Shown here piece after piece: positions 1-12,862 of a stretch of 64,000 nt of DNA. The notes below the pieces were generated by a model that saw nothing but the letters and a program-made list of their open reading frames with translations, had not been told where the DNA came from and made no database searches. Origin of the DNA: Lama glama (Eukaryota); contig CM052841.1 in NCBI GenBank assembly GCA_028534125.1, positions 67,580,001 through 67,644,000 on the forward strand, written 5' to 3'. Made by a program: the position numbers and the translations under genes. Numbering within the stretch: position 1 is the stretch's first letter; every line of letters starts with the position of its first letter.

Positions 1-11
1 AAGTGTTTGAG
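1..11 (+). CDS. COL5A1: COL5A1 exon 4, last 11 nt
   Basis: (G)AA GTG TTT GAG|gtacgc = EVFE, which joins in phase 0 to exon 5 GDIQQ as in the human DEEVFEGDIQQ. Only 11 nt are visible. Confidence 0.75.
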
Positions 12-361
12 GTACGCGGGGGACAGGCAGCCCCACGCCGCCCCGGGGCGGATGCCGGCGCGTGGTCGCCGTCAGCAGGCCCGTCCTCTCCTCGGTAACC
101 TGGGGCCAGCCAAGCCGGGGGCCCCGGGGAAGGAAAGCTGCTTCTATTTAACGGTAGGAGGAGTATCTGCCAGTGGAAACAGGTGGTCGAACGGGCTGTC
201 GGGCTTTGAGCACGTGGGGAGAATGAAGTTTGGGCCCCATCTCTCTACTGGGTCCTACTGGGGCCACGTGGCAGGATTTGGCGAACTTCAGGGGCCGGCC
301 GGGCTCAGGGCCAAACTCTCCATTCTCTCCTGTGCTGATCCCAGGCCTCGGGCAGGGTGTT

Positions 362-482
362 CTGACCTTTCTAAGCCTCAGTATCTCCATCTGTGAAATG
401 GGGTCACGAAGGCAGCTACTTTGAAGAACGTGGCAAAAATTACACGAGGTTGAATGCTTGTAGTAAGTACTTGGCACGTGGC
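362..482 (+). mobile_element. MIR SINE fragment
   Basis: MIR core-like ctaagcctcagtatctccatctgtgaaatgggg. Boundaries approximate. Confidence 0.65.
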
Positions 483-2807
483 AGCCAGCTGTTCTTGATA
501 AATCCACGTTGGAGCAGGTGGAAGGGCGGCCTGGAGCCCAGTAGGTCAGACGTGGAGCCTCAGGGAGAGACCAGAACGGCCGCCTCACTTGGAAGCGAGG
601 AGGGCGGGGCAGCACGTGAAGGGGGGGTCTGTGGTCCTGCTGATCTTGGCAGCCGTTCTGCGGAGCAGGCGTCCGGGACGGCTGGGTGCCTCGATCCGGC
701 TGGCACTGTCAGACTTGCCCAGAGACGGGATGAACTGCAGGATGGCCAGGCTGGCGCGGCTTCTGGGGGGGGGTCTCATGAACTGGGACTGGGCTTTTGC
801 TGGTGTAGACATCTTGCTGGCAGGAGGATCCAGGTAAAGCAGGTGGTGTGGGGAGCTTCAAGACTCACCTGTAAAACATGGGTGCCAAGACTCTACACTG
901 AGAGACAGTGGGGCTCACCTGGGCTCGCCGGGCTCAGCTGGGACGCGCTGGGCTTGGGCGCCCGGGAGCCGGGGTCACTGCCGCTGCCTGTTCTGCTCGA
1001 GGTCTGAACGCGGAGGCGGGTGGGTGCGCCTGGGCGGGCCGTGCGCGGGGTTTGATTTCACGGGTTGTGCGGCAGCTTTTCTGTGCGGTCATCTCTTTCT
1101 AATGTCTAGCGCCTTTGGTGAGCGGAGAGGGTGTCTTACTGTAAAGATCCAGAAACAAGCGTTACGCATCTTAAAAAAAAATCAGGATCCTGAACGAAGA
1201 GCCAGAACAGCTGCTTTGCCGTGAGCACAGGCCTGTCGAGTCTCCGTCACTGGAGGGACGCGCCGGGGGCGGAGCCTGGCTCCGCCGCTCACATGCCGTG
1301 AGCTCCTGGGTGGCTGCCTCGCCTCCCCGGGAAGCTCGTGCGCGCGAGGCGTGCGTGAGAACCGCCGCCTGTGCCTGGCCCGCAGCCAGCATCCCGTTGT
1401 GGTCACCCACGTTCAAGACCAGAGAAGGAAGCCCATTTGTCATTTTCAGGAAGAACGGGTCTTGAACCGGAGAGCGCCGGGTTTCCCCCTCTGCCTGGCC
1501 TTCCGGCACACAAGGTAGGTCCCGTTCTGTGGCTGAAGGCAGGCGGGCTTTGGACGGAATCAGTGGCCCAGGAAGATGTTCAGAACTCCGGGGAGCCCTT
1601 CTTCCTGGTCGTGGCTCTCAACTTGAGCGGGAGTGGCCGCCGGGCACCAGACTTCTGTGAGCCGCAAGGCGTTCATGTTCTGGAGGCAGCATCTCCCTCG
1701 CTCCGGGCCTCCCTGGCTGTCGGATGTGCTCACGTTGGAAAATGTGCCCTGTCTTCCCTAAAGACCAACGGAAGGCGGCAATGCCTTCGGGTGCCCCTCC
1801 CAGCGCAAGGAGCAGGTTGGCTGGGTGTCCTCGTGTCCCCGCCGCTCTCTGTCTCAGGCCGAGTGAGACAAGAGTTTTTATTTCTTTTGCTATTAGAGTG
1901 ATGTAACTTCATGCTCCAGCAGATCCCAAGTACACACTTGCTGTTTTAACCACTTCGGTTCTTGGGAATTCCCGTCCCTTTAAAAGGAGGGGCCAGCACC
2001 GCTGAAAACTGCTTCCCCAGCAGCCACATCCTTCCCCTGGACGGACTTCCTCTCATTAAAAGCCAGTTTGTCCTGAAGTGAGGCAGGGGGAGCCGGAAGG
2101 ATTCTGGGTACTTTGGTGCGGGGCCAAGTCGCCGCCGGCACATGCTGAGTGGTGTGTTTTGTGCGGTTTCCAAACAGGGATTTACCCAACTCTCGAGAGA
2201 ATGTAGGGGCCACCGGGGTTCTTCCTGGGGTGCGCGTGGCCCCACACAGGCCCCCTTTGTCCAAAGTGAAGTGCCACTGAGGGTAAGAGTCAGAGATGGA
2301 GGCCCTCAGGGCCAAGATAAATAAATGCTTCCTGCGGTGCAGCCCCGCGTGTGTGGCTGGGACGGGGGGCAGCGGCCCCGGGCTCCCTCGGCCTCGCCAG
2401 CCCTGGTGTGAGCCTGATCCTGATGGCGCTGCCCTGCTGTAGGGACGTTGGACATCCAGTCCTTCCAGAGCCACCCGGGGAGGAAGTGGGGTGCACAGCC
2501 CAGTCCCCACAGCTGGTGGCCTGGAGCCCACACTGCATGTCTCCAAGCCCAGTGTCCTCATCTGTAAAACGGCGCAGCGGGGCCAGTGCCGTGGGTCGTG
2601 GGGCGGCCAGGTGGGGTCTGACCCCCGAGGGCCACAGCGAACCACACGGACATGGTGGGCAGAGCCGTGGCCGTCCTGGCCCATGTCAGCATCCACCTGC
2701 CAGCGACATCGGCCGTGGTAGTGGCCGTGACCAAGGGGTGCTCTCTCTCTCGTGCAGGGTCACGAGCTGTCCTTTATCTCTGCTTTTCCAGACTCACCTG
2801 GTGAGTT

Positions 2808-3307
2808 NNNNNNNNNNNNNNNNNNNNNNNNNNNNNNNNNNNNNNNNNNNNNNNNNNNNNNNNNNNNNNNNNNNNNNNNNNNNNNNNNNNNNNNNNNNNN
2901 NNNNNNNNNNNNNNNNNNNNNNNNNNNNNNNNNNNNNNNNNNNNNNNNNNNNNNNNNNNNNNNNNNNNNNNNNNNNNNNNNNNNNNNNNNNNNNNNNNNN
3001 NNNNNNNNNNNNNNNNNNNNNNNNNNNNNNNNNNNNNNNNNNNNNNNNNNNNNNNNNNNNNNNNNNNNNNNNNNNNNNNNNNNNNNNNNNNNNNNNNNNN
3101 NNNNNNNNNNNNNNNNNNNNNNNNNNNNNNNNNNNNNNNNNNNNNNNNNNNNNNNNNNNNNNNNNNNNNNNNNNNNNNNNNNNNNNNNNNNNNNNNNNNN
3201 NNNNNNNNNNNNNNNNNNNNNNNNNNNNNNNNNNNNNNNNNNNNNNNNNNNNNNNNNNNNNNNNNNNNNNNNNNNNNNNNNNNNNNNNNNNNNNNNNNNN
3301 NNNNNNN
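2808..3307. other. Assembly gap (500 N), intron 4
   Basis: Run of N. The round size suggests a scaffolding placeholder. Confidence 0.99.
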
Positions 3308-3847
3308 TGACAGTAACGGTCCCGTGGCTGTGGGTACCGCCCTGCCTGCGGTGGGCAGGCTGGAGGGGGCGAGGGTCTGCAGGTGGACGAGGGGCTGGAT
3401 TCCGTCCTCCCTGCAGACCGTGTGCAGGGCCGTGGCTGTGAGGCTGTGGGCGTGATGAGACCCCTCTGAGGTGGGGGGGCTCCCCAGGCCGGCGTCTGCA
3501 GGGAGAATCGCCCTGTGAACCCGTCCACCACCTCAGGAGGAGGTCTCTGGACGGGGTTGGCTCTCAAGGCTTGGTGTCCCCTGCCGAGGGCGCCCCGGGG
3601 TTGGAGGGGCCGGGAGGCGGGGCCTCTGACGGCCCTGCAGAGCAGAGCGTTCGTCAGAGGCCTTTGATGGCTGCTGCCGCCTTGATCTCTGAGGACGTGG
3701 GAAGTCATGCCAGCCGGTTCCCGTCTGGGCCCCCAGTTTGTCTGGAAGCGCTCGGCACCAGGATGTTCAGGCACGTGTGGAGGCGGCACTGTTCGGTCTC
3801 TTCCACCTGACGAGTCTTCACGGGGCCTGGGAGACATGCATTGTATT

Positions 3848-3940
3848 GGCTCCGAGGAGCCCAGAGAGGTAGAGCCACCTGCCTAAGGTCACACAGCAGG
3901 GAAGTCAGTGCAGGGCTGGACTTAGGGCCCCGGTCTGGAC
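3848..3940 (-). mobile_element. MIR SINE fragment
   Basis: gcccagagaggtagagccacctgcctaaggtcacacagc, reverse MIR core-like. Boundaries approximate. Confidence 0.6.
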
Positions 3941-5382
3941 CCTTCCCTGGATCAGGTGCAGGAGGGTATTGCTGGACCCCAGTGTCAGACTCCTGTCCCT
4001 GCCCCTTTAGGGGTCTCATCCTCCGTCATGACAGTCACTGCCCGCTCCCTCCCCTCTGGAGGGTGACCCTCCAGCCAGCGCCTGGTTCCCGGTCCTTCTT
4101 GAGTTCCAAGGACTACGAGTGTCCCCAGTTAAAGTGACCCCCTCCTTCCTGCCCCTCCCCCTAGGCCTGGCCCTGCTCACTTTCCATCTGGAATCACTGT
4201 TCTCTGGTCTCCGCTGCATTTTCCAGGCCCCTCCAGGTGGTGTCTGTCCAGCTGCAGCCAGTCCAGAGTCTGTCCACAAGCAGATCTCTCAGAAAGGTCT
4301 GGGGAGCAAGCAGGCGGCAGCCGGGACCCGAGGGCACTGAGGTGCCTCTGACCCACACCTCAGGCTTGGCTTCCACACGGCCTCCTCCAGAGCCCAGCCC
4401 TCTGCTTACAGAGCGTGCTTCTGGGAGCTGGTGTTTGAAGCCACTTTTCAGGAGTCGGGAGGGGCAGACTGTCTCCAGAAGCCAGCCGCTCTCGCCCCAG
4501 CCCTCTTGCGTCCAGCAGTGAGTGTTTGCAGTCGAGGTGGCCGGGACCAGTCGTCAAGCCACGTGGCCTTGTGTTCACGATGCCCCTGTGCTTGAGGCGC
4601 TAGATCACAGCGCAAAGTCTGCTCAGAACGAGGGCGCTGGCATGGGGTGTGGGGACCAGCCCCGGCCTCTAAAATGAACCCCTCTCGGCCACTCCCCCTG
4701 CCCGGCCCCCTGGCAGGGATGCACGTGTTTTGCGTGTAAGCGAGAGGTCCCCCGCCGTGGCTGTGGACCTGCAGGAAGGTCCCCCGAGGGGCAGGGGTCT
4801 GCCTGTCACAGACGATGCTGAATCATTCTCCTGGTTGACAGAACAAGCAGCAGAAAGGTGTTTCAGGCTGGCACCGTGTTCTGGAACCAAGGAAGTGACA
4901 TGCAGTGAGGATCAGTGTGAATTTCCGCCCTTGGGTTCAAAGTAGCCAACTGTGCAGATGCAGGGTGGGCGGGCGATGCGGCCGAAGGACATCCCCGAGG
5001 GGGAGGTGCAGGGGTCCAGGCAGGCTGAGCCTGCCAGCGAGCCGGTGGGATGTGGCAGCATGAGGGGCGGAACAGAGGGCGGGATGCTGGAAGGAGGGCC
5101 GGACTGTGCCCAGCGAAGCTGCGGGAAGACCCGAGGTCTGAGCCTGGGCTGCGGGTGATGAGGGGTGCTGGGGGGTGCTGGCGCCGGAGGTGGAGCGTCT
5201 CGCCAGGGGGGACGATGGCGGATGAGGAGGTGGCGGAGTGAGGACCACGAACAGGATGTGAATATGGCCTCCAGCATCCACCTCCTCCACCAGGCGCCCT
5301 CCGAGCCCACCGCCCAGGATGCCTGCCTTGACCTCCCCGGGCAGAGTTGTCACTCGGTCGTCTGGGCAGCTCTTGAGGAAGC

Positions 5383-5472
5383 AATGAGAACTTGAGGTCA
5401 GGGACACTGGTTTATTCACCTTTGTGTCCATAAACTCATCACAGAGGTGTGAAGAATGCTGGTTAGATGAAC
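5383..5472 (+). mobile_element. L2 LINE 3' end fragment
   Basis: cttgaggtcagggacactggtttattcacctttgtgtcc resembles the L2 3' consensus. Boundaries approximate. Confidence 0.55.
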
Positions 5473-5564
5473 AGTCAGAGCTGCCTGCCTTCAGAGGGAG
5501 AGGCTGGTGAGCTTTCGTGAGGGATCAAGGGCTGACGGGGTGGTGTTGGTGAAGATGGCGGTTG

Positions 5565-5682
5565 TGGGGTGGAGGTGGCGGCGGCGGCGGTGGTGGTGGT
5601 GGTGGTGAGGTTAACGGTGGGGACGTAGCAATGGTGGTGGTGGGGACGGTGATGGTGACAGTGATGGTGGTGATGACAGTGG
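5565..5682. repeat. (GGT/GGC)n degenerate trinucleotide repeat
   Basis: ggtggaggtggcggcggcggcggtggtggtggtggtggtg...gatggtgacagtgatggtggtgatg. Confidence 0.85.
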
Positions 5683-8600
5683 CTGCTTTGTCTCAGCCCC
5701 CTGGGTGCCAGGCCCACGAAGCATCCTGCTCAGACCATCACGCTGAGTCCTCAGGACCTCTCTTCAAGGTAGACCTTATCTTCTTTTGCAGACGCACACG
5801 CGGAGGCCTGGAGCGGTCACGCTATGTGTTTGAGGCCCCACAGCTGTTGGGGCCAGCGCGCAGGCGCCCGTGTCGCTGCCCCCGCGCAGCACCGCCCAGG
5901 CCTCCTTCCTCGGTGGGCCCGTCCCAGTGTGTGTGTCGCCTGTGCCCCTCGGTCAGCCCGGGGCCCGCAGGCTTGCTGCTCCCACGGTCCAGAGAGGAGG
6001 AGGATGGGACAGCTTCGCTCATATGCCGCCCAGGCTGGGCTGGGCACCTCAGCATCTGGAGTGAGATATCGAGGGGCGCTCGGGTGACAGGGGCTGTTTG
6101 TGGGACCCACGCCCTTTATAGGGTCGTATGCGCCATGAGCCAGCCTGGCCCCTGCCACTGGCTCTGCTGCCTTCGGTCTGGGGATGGGGTGTCCCCACTC
6201 CGAGTTCACTAAGCTGACCCTTTAATCACTGCGGCCAGTTTCAGGGTTGGATGGGGCTGGGACGTGACCATCCCGCCTCCGCCCCTGCCCCCGGCCCTTT
6301 TGTAGAGACCCGGGGGGCACACGCAGCCCGCACCGCGCAGGTGCGAGTAGGTTCCACCCCAGGCACTGAGGGGCGGCGCCTGGCTGGCGGCATGGGTGAG
6401 AACTGGACGGGAACCGGTGGTGGCCGCGTAGCAGGGGGATGCTCACAGACGTGGGCCGGCGAGGCAGGGCCTTGGGGGCAGGAGTACGCGGTTCCCAGCT
6501 GCGTGGAGATATTTCTTCAACACTCACCTGAATGATGTTAAGCTGTCTCTCACACCCTCCACGGGTGATCTGCAAATCACGGAGAGAATTGTTTAGACCC
6601 TCTCTGGTTTGGGGTCCTTTCTTTTCTGTTGTGAGTCATGATGGAAAATAGCTCAGCAAGATGTAAAATGTGCCCGGTTTGGGCCAGGGAAGACTGAACA
6701 GGAAAGGGGGAACCTTTTCTGTGCGAAGTCTCCTGGGACATCAAGAAAGTATCTCGTAGAAGCCCCTCTGCCCCCTGCCCCCTGTCCCCCAGGCTGGCCC
6801 CGCCTGTCTAGCTCCACCCGGCTCCCCCAGGCAGGAAGGCAGCAGCGTGCCGGTCCCAGGCGCTCTGCACACGTGTGCCCACTCCATGCCACTTGTTGGC
6901 ATGTGCAGCCGTGGCACAGCGCCCATTCACAGGGCCGGGCAGGCTCCCCCCTCTAGCAGCCCCCAGGCTGGTGTTGCTTCCCCCTCCTTGTACAGACGAG
7001 GAGACGTTCTGGGAACACACTGAGGTTCCCTCGGCTGGGATGGAAGCGCAGGTGTGCGGGCCCCGCCCCCCCCCCGCCAGCATCCTCCCCCAGCCGCACG
7101 CGGGCGGCTCCGCCAGGTTGGCCCCGCGTGGGGCAGATTTGTGGCCAGAGCGGCTGGCATCAGGAAGGCCAGTGCTGCCCTCGTTTTCGCCGTACAGACG
7201 GCACGCCCTCCCGCAGCCTTGGACAGGAAGCCCCCGTCCTCTCAGGTTACCTGCGTGTCTGCGTTTGCACGAGTGTGAAGTGCTCTGGCTAAAATTAGCT
7301 GCAGGATCCGCAGGCAGGGCCAAGTGCGCGGCGGGAGCCCCGGGCTGGTGGGGCGGGTCCAGGCAGGGCCGCGGGCAGGCGGGGGAGGCCTGCGCAGCTC
7401 GTGGGAGCCGGCGCGGGTTGAGAGGGAGCCGCCGCCAGCGCTCCAGGCTGGGAAGCACGAGCGAGGGCCCCCCTTGTTTGGGCAAAGACGTTTCCCGACT
7501 CCACAGCCCCCAGGGGCGCAAAGCTCTCCAACGAAAACTTCGCAGTTTCCTCAGCTTGTGGCAGAAACACAGTCTGGATAAAATCTCTTAATTGGAGAAG
7601 GCAGAACGGGTTCCCTCAGCAAAACGCCCGGCTCAGCGAGGGCTGAGGACGCCTGTGCACTGCGCGTCCTGGTGGCTGCGTCCCCGCGGGCTGCCCGGCC
7701 TGACCCGGGCAGGAAGACGGGCCGCCCATTGCCACCCCGGGCGTTGGGGCCGTGCAGGCAGAGGCCGCGGTGACCGCCAGGCTGGGCCGGTGCGGGAGCT
7801 GCCGGGGGCTCCGTCCAGCGTCACTGATGCGGTGGGGCGGGAATGAGACGTGTGGGAGGAGAGAATGAGGGTGTCATCCGAGCGAGGGCTGCTGTTCGAG
7901 GCAGCGGCACCACGGGGCGGGCCGCAGCGGGCTGCCGAGGCTGGGGCCTTTAGAGCTAAACTGAGCGATTGGAGGGGCGGCCTGGGGTCGGAGGTGTGGA
8001 CTTGGGGCCGCCTGTGTCCGTGAGGCAGCGGGGCACGCACCTGCCCATGGAGGGCTGCCTGGGAGAAGCGGCTGTGCCGTTTACGGGAGCTGGGAGCGCA
8101 CTGCAGGCGCACCACTCCATCTCCAAGAAGCCCAGGCAGCTCTGGGTGGGGCCCACGGGGTGGTGCCTCGGGACCCCCACGCTGTGCCCTTGAGAGAGCG
8201 ACCCCCTCCCGGAGCCTCAGTGAGTGTGTCTGTGAGGTGGGAGACGGGAAACGGGGCTCCAGCTCCCACACGGAGAGGCCAGAGGAGGCTGCTGGGAAGG
8301 TGAAAGGCCGACCAGTCAACATCTGTCGGGGCTGCGGGCGGGGCGGGGTGGGGGCAGCCCCGGGACCTGGGGGCTGCTGCTGAGGAGGAGAGGGAGTCCC
8401 AGGCCCGCTGGTGCCAGCCCAGTGCCCTCAGTGGGTCAGCTGCCCGCTCTGGGCCGGGCCGCGCGTGACCTCGTGGGTCCTGACCTGCGGGGAAGCCAGA
8501 GGCGCACTGTCAGGGGTGGCGTGCGCTCAGGGCCTCCCGGCTCCCGGAGAGAGGTGCTGCCAGCAGGCGGCCCGCGGGGACGTGCGGTCTGCATGCTCGG

Positions 8601-8879
8601 TCAGGAGCTCAGGTGCGGGTGCTCTCCTGGTGCCCCGGGCCCTGCGAGGCTCAGGGAGGGAGAGTGTCCGTGCAGGGAGGCGGGGTCCCACCCCCATCAC
8701 AGCAGATGAGGGGAAGCCAGGGGTTTCAGGGGGAGAGGAGAGGGCAGTGGGGGACCTCGGTGAGTGCCCGCCACCGTCGCGGACGAGGGGCCCGCAGGCC
8801 CTGGTCAAGCGTGAGAGCGGCGTGAATGCCGCGGGGGGAGGGGGGTACTTGGTGGGCCCTCTTGGTTCTGCATGGTTCT

Positions 8880-9095
8880 TCGACCTCACTGCCTCAGTTT
8901 CCCCATCTGTAAGATGGGGCTTGTGGTGGGGCTCAGGGAGGATGCATGGGGGGTGTCCAGCAATGGCCAGGCGCACAGTGGAGCCATCCCGGCATCACAA
9001 ATCCTGGGACTCAGAGACCTGGGAGCTGACCCACTGCCGAGCCCAGGGGGACCCACCCCCTAACCTCAGGTTCCTAGTCTGTAAAATGAGACGAT
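8880..9095 (+). mobile_element. Two short MIR core fragments
   Basis: gcctcagtttccccatctgtaagatgggg and cctcaggttcctagtctgtaaaatgag. Confidence 0.5.
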
Positions 9096-12000
9096 TTTAC
9101 TACATCAAGGGTTTTGACTTTCTAAGAAAACCCTGGAAGCCCTTTCTTACGTAACATCTTCCGGGGCAGCCTGATGTGTAAAACCTGCTGAAGACCCCAG
9201 GTGCCTCCATGGAGCCCCTTTTGAGAAGCCCTGCCTGGGCTGAGCTGCGAGGGGCAGGGAGGCAGGATGCCAGGAGGTCCGGGGGCGCAGCGGAGCTGGG
9301 GCTGTCCCCTGGCGCTCCCCGGGCTCTGAGAGGCTGTGGCTGGGGGCCCCGCATGTCCCACCGGCAGCCCCTGCGAAGGCTCCGCGGGGAGGGGCTTCAT
9401 GACGGGTCTCCCGCCTGGAGCTGGAGCTGGTTTCCCGTCACTGGAGGCATTGTGGAAAACTCTTGAAACACAGTCTTGAAGTTGTGACCATTCGTTTCAC
9501 ACTTGAAAGGCAACATGTAACGGCTTGTGGGCAGCTGTGGGGCTGACGCCTCCAAACTGGGTGGCGGCTGCCAGCAGATTCTGGGGTTGCCTCTGGCCTC
9601 AAGGAGACGAAGCACCGCGGGAGAAGGGGACGGGGTCTCCACACGGGACGTGAGGTCCCGGCGGCCCCAGCCTGAGTTGCAGGCTCGGACCCTGCAGTCC
9701 TGGCTTCCTTCCTGTCCCCGTGGCGGGTCTGCTTTGGTTTTCCGAACTCCTGGCGGAGCCGTCTGCGTGGTCCAGCTGGGCGTGGAGGAGGGCGGAGAGC
9801 CGAGGCTCCCAGAGGCTGGTCCTGTCTGGGGCTGCCCGCTGGTGGCCGGTGGGCCTGGGACAGTCCCCCACGGGCCCCTCGCTCCAGAGGGAAAGTGGTT
9901 GGCTCTAGTGGGACATTCCAGGAGGGACAGAGGGCGTCCTGAGGCGTCACTGGGGGTGGAAGGGGGGCGCTCCCCTGGGGGGCTGCACTGGCCCAGATGT
10001 AAGCTGGGAGCTTGTCGGAGGACTAAGGGGGCGGCTCTCAGTCCTGGCTGTGCGCCACGACAACCAGAGCCTTACGGCTCCGAACCCCACGCACCCAGCA
10101 GCCCTTTAGGACAGAGTGTCTGAGGCGGCCCCTGCTGCGGGTGGGGCCGGAGGAGGCAGGACTTCCCTCTGCCCTGGAGGCCTCCGCGGGGCAGGTTTCG
10201 TGAAGGTCACGGGTTTCAGGGACGTGGGCGTCCTTGAGCGTGACGCCCCTGGACACCGGAGCCGCCCCCTGTCCCCGTGGCTGCCTGTGCCCCCCAGCAC
10301 TCTATCAGTGCTTTTGGGGCCAGGAACTGTCCCATCTCTAGTCAGGATAGCGATCATCGGCCCGAGGGGAGAGGGCCTGGAACCCCCGGCCCAGGGCGGG
10401 GCCCCCGTGCTCCTGGCCTTGTGCTGGCCTGGTCCCCCCGTGTGGCCAGGGAGGGGCCGTCGGTGGCTTCCTTGGGCCGTGCGGGGTGCGTTTGAGACCC
10501 GGCTCCTCCGCCCAGTCCTCGGTGGGGTCTGCTGCTGGGGGCTGTGGGGGCAGCGTCCTGGGCCCCCTCCCTGCCCTGCCCCCTGCACCCCCGGGAGGTG
10601 GCACCAAGGCAGCACCTGGCTGCACACGCACCCGTGGGCGGTTTGGAGACGGCAGCATCTGCTCCGTCTAGGAGTTTGGGGGCAGAGCTGGTGCCACTCC
10701 CGTGTCATCCCAGGGTCCTGCCCCGAAGCTCCCTGCTCCTGATGGGGTGCTCAGCGGTGTGAGCCCCCACCCCCTGTGCAGGAAAGAGGTAGTGGGTGGG
10801 CTGGACGGGGCTCCAGACGAGGACCCAGGGGCAGAGCTTCTGGGGGCTTCACGCCTGCGCCTCAGCCTCCCCTTCTCCACGAGGGGCGGGGGGCCAGGGC
10901 CCCTGCCCTCTGAACAGAACAAATGGGCGTGTTTTTTTGGCGCCAAAACCCACCAGAGGACTTGGTGGGAAAAAGGATTTTGAACACGTGTGGGCATTTG
11001 CCGGGGGGGGGGTGGATGCTGGGAATGAGGGGCTCCACGCTTGCAGGGCCCTCGGCTGATCACGTGTTCGCTCCTGCACCTGGCGGGGCGGGCGGCCGGG
11101 CGGGAGCCAGGCCTGGCTGGGGCTGGTCTGCACCAACGTGCTCCCACCCCAGAGCCGGGGCTGAGTGGTGGGAGACCCCCCTGCTCGGCTTCGTGGGTGT
11201 GGACGCCCCGGTCTTCAGCCCTGCTCACCGCCCGCTGTGGGGCCTGAGTGCCACCTTGTGCGGGTCTGGGAGGCCCGGTGCCGGGCCGGGCGCCCTGGGA
11301 GACAGGGACACGGGGACACCGGCCACGTGCACGGCCGTGGACCTGGCTCTGCGGGGAGGCAGGCCCTTGGCCAGACCGCTGCGATCAGTGTGCTCGCAGC
11401 TCCATCGTGGGGCTCCCCCAGGGGTCATGCTGCCCTCAGGGGCTCCGGCCTCCTTCCTTCCAGTCACTGCACGGAGGACGTGTGTTCAGACGTCAGGCTG
11501 CCAGTTGGAAGGAGAAAATGTTGTATCTGAGTGGGATGAAATTTGAACTAGAAGTCATGTTGTTTAGTGAAAACACGTGCTTTCGAGTCACCGGTTCTGG
11601 CGTGTGGTTCTGCTGGACAGTTTGAAGCAAGGGCGAGGGCCTGGTGCCCCTGACACCCGTGGGTGGGTGAGGGGAGAAGGGCGTGAATTTGCAGAGCAAA
11701 GCCTCCTGCCCAGTGCTGAGGGGTGTGGGGGGGGCTCCTCGCCTGCTCTGCCGCCACGACGCCCTCCTCGCTGCAGTGGGGGTGGGCGGGGGCTAGGGCC
11801 CCAGCGGGCAGCACCCCCGCACGCCTGCTTGTCGCAGTGGCAGGAGGGCAGAGGGGCTGCTGCCGGGCTGGGCCTGGTGATGCTGACGGGGAGGTGTGTG
11901 TGCCGGCGGGAGGAGCTGTCCACTTCAGGGTCGCCTGCCTGGAGTAATGCCGCCGGGGCGGTGGGGGGTGGGAGGGAGTTCCAAGCCCCTCTCTCATCAT

Positions 12001-12727
12001 GGGGGATTTCAAACCCAGGTTGGGGGGCCACGTATTTGGAACCGTGCCTCAGGGACCAGGCAGGGGTGGCCTCTTCTGGGCTCCAGGACTGCCACCCATC
12101 TCTGGATCGGTTTCCCACCGAGCCTTTGGGAAGCCGAGGAGGGCCAGGGTCTTGTCCCCAGAGCAGCGCACACGGCCGGCACCTTGTTTCACAGACCCAG
12201 AGGCCATCTCTGGACCCAAGCTTAGTGGCCTTGGGTGACATGTCCCCCAGCCCTGCCACAGTCTGGCGATGAGAGGCCACATCTGGCCCCTCTCGCACCT
12301 CTCTCTCCCCTCCCGGCCCAGCCCGGGATCTGGCCCAGGGAAAGGGCTCACGCACCTTCGCCAGATGGACAGGCAGGGCGGGTGCGCCTTCTTTGCCTGG
12401 GCCTGTGGCCCTGATGTGTGTTCTGGCTTCACTCATGGCCCTGCCCTGCAGGTGCCTACCTAATGTGCCTCGGCAGAGCCGGGGTGCAGGGTCAAGGGCA
12501 GCCTCAGGCTTCTGGCCAGAAGGGGGCGGTGGGACTGGTGGGGACATCAGTGGAAACCTGACGAATTCATGGTCTGGGTACGACAGTGCCTTATGTGTGA
12601 GGCGCAAGGCAAGCCCGTGGTGTCGGGGCGGTCGTGGGCACCGCCAGGCAGTGGCTCTGGGCCATGGCTGCGTCCCTCGTGTGCGGTGCAGTGGCTTGCA
12701 CTTCGTAGGTGCGCAGTAGTTGCTTTT

Positions 12728-12862
12728 GATGAGTGGATGGAAGGATGAGTGGGTCATGGGTAGATGGATGGAAGGACCATGGATGGATGTGTCATGGATG
12801 GATGGGCGGATGGAAGGATGGATGGTGGCCGGGTAGTGGGCGATTGTGCGTGGGTGGGTGGT
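12728..12862. repeat. (GGAT)n degenerate microsatellite
   Basis: gatggatggaaggaccatggatggatgtgtcatggatggatgggcggatgg. Confidence 0.85.

Noticed and set aside
1092-1123. Possible 8-nt microexon tctag|CGCCTTTG|gtgagc
   Set aside because: Short interrupted pyrimidine tract, weaker donor and frameshifting length. Likely chance.
2351-3837. ORFs spanning N gaps (also 14870-15436 and 32473-33867)
   Set aside because: Their length comes from untranslatable N runs.
9147-9154. Palindromic TTACGTAA (PAR-bZIP/NFIL3-type site)
   Set aside because: A single 8-mer next to a MIR remnant with no other support.
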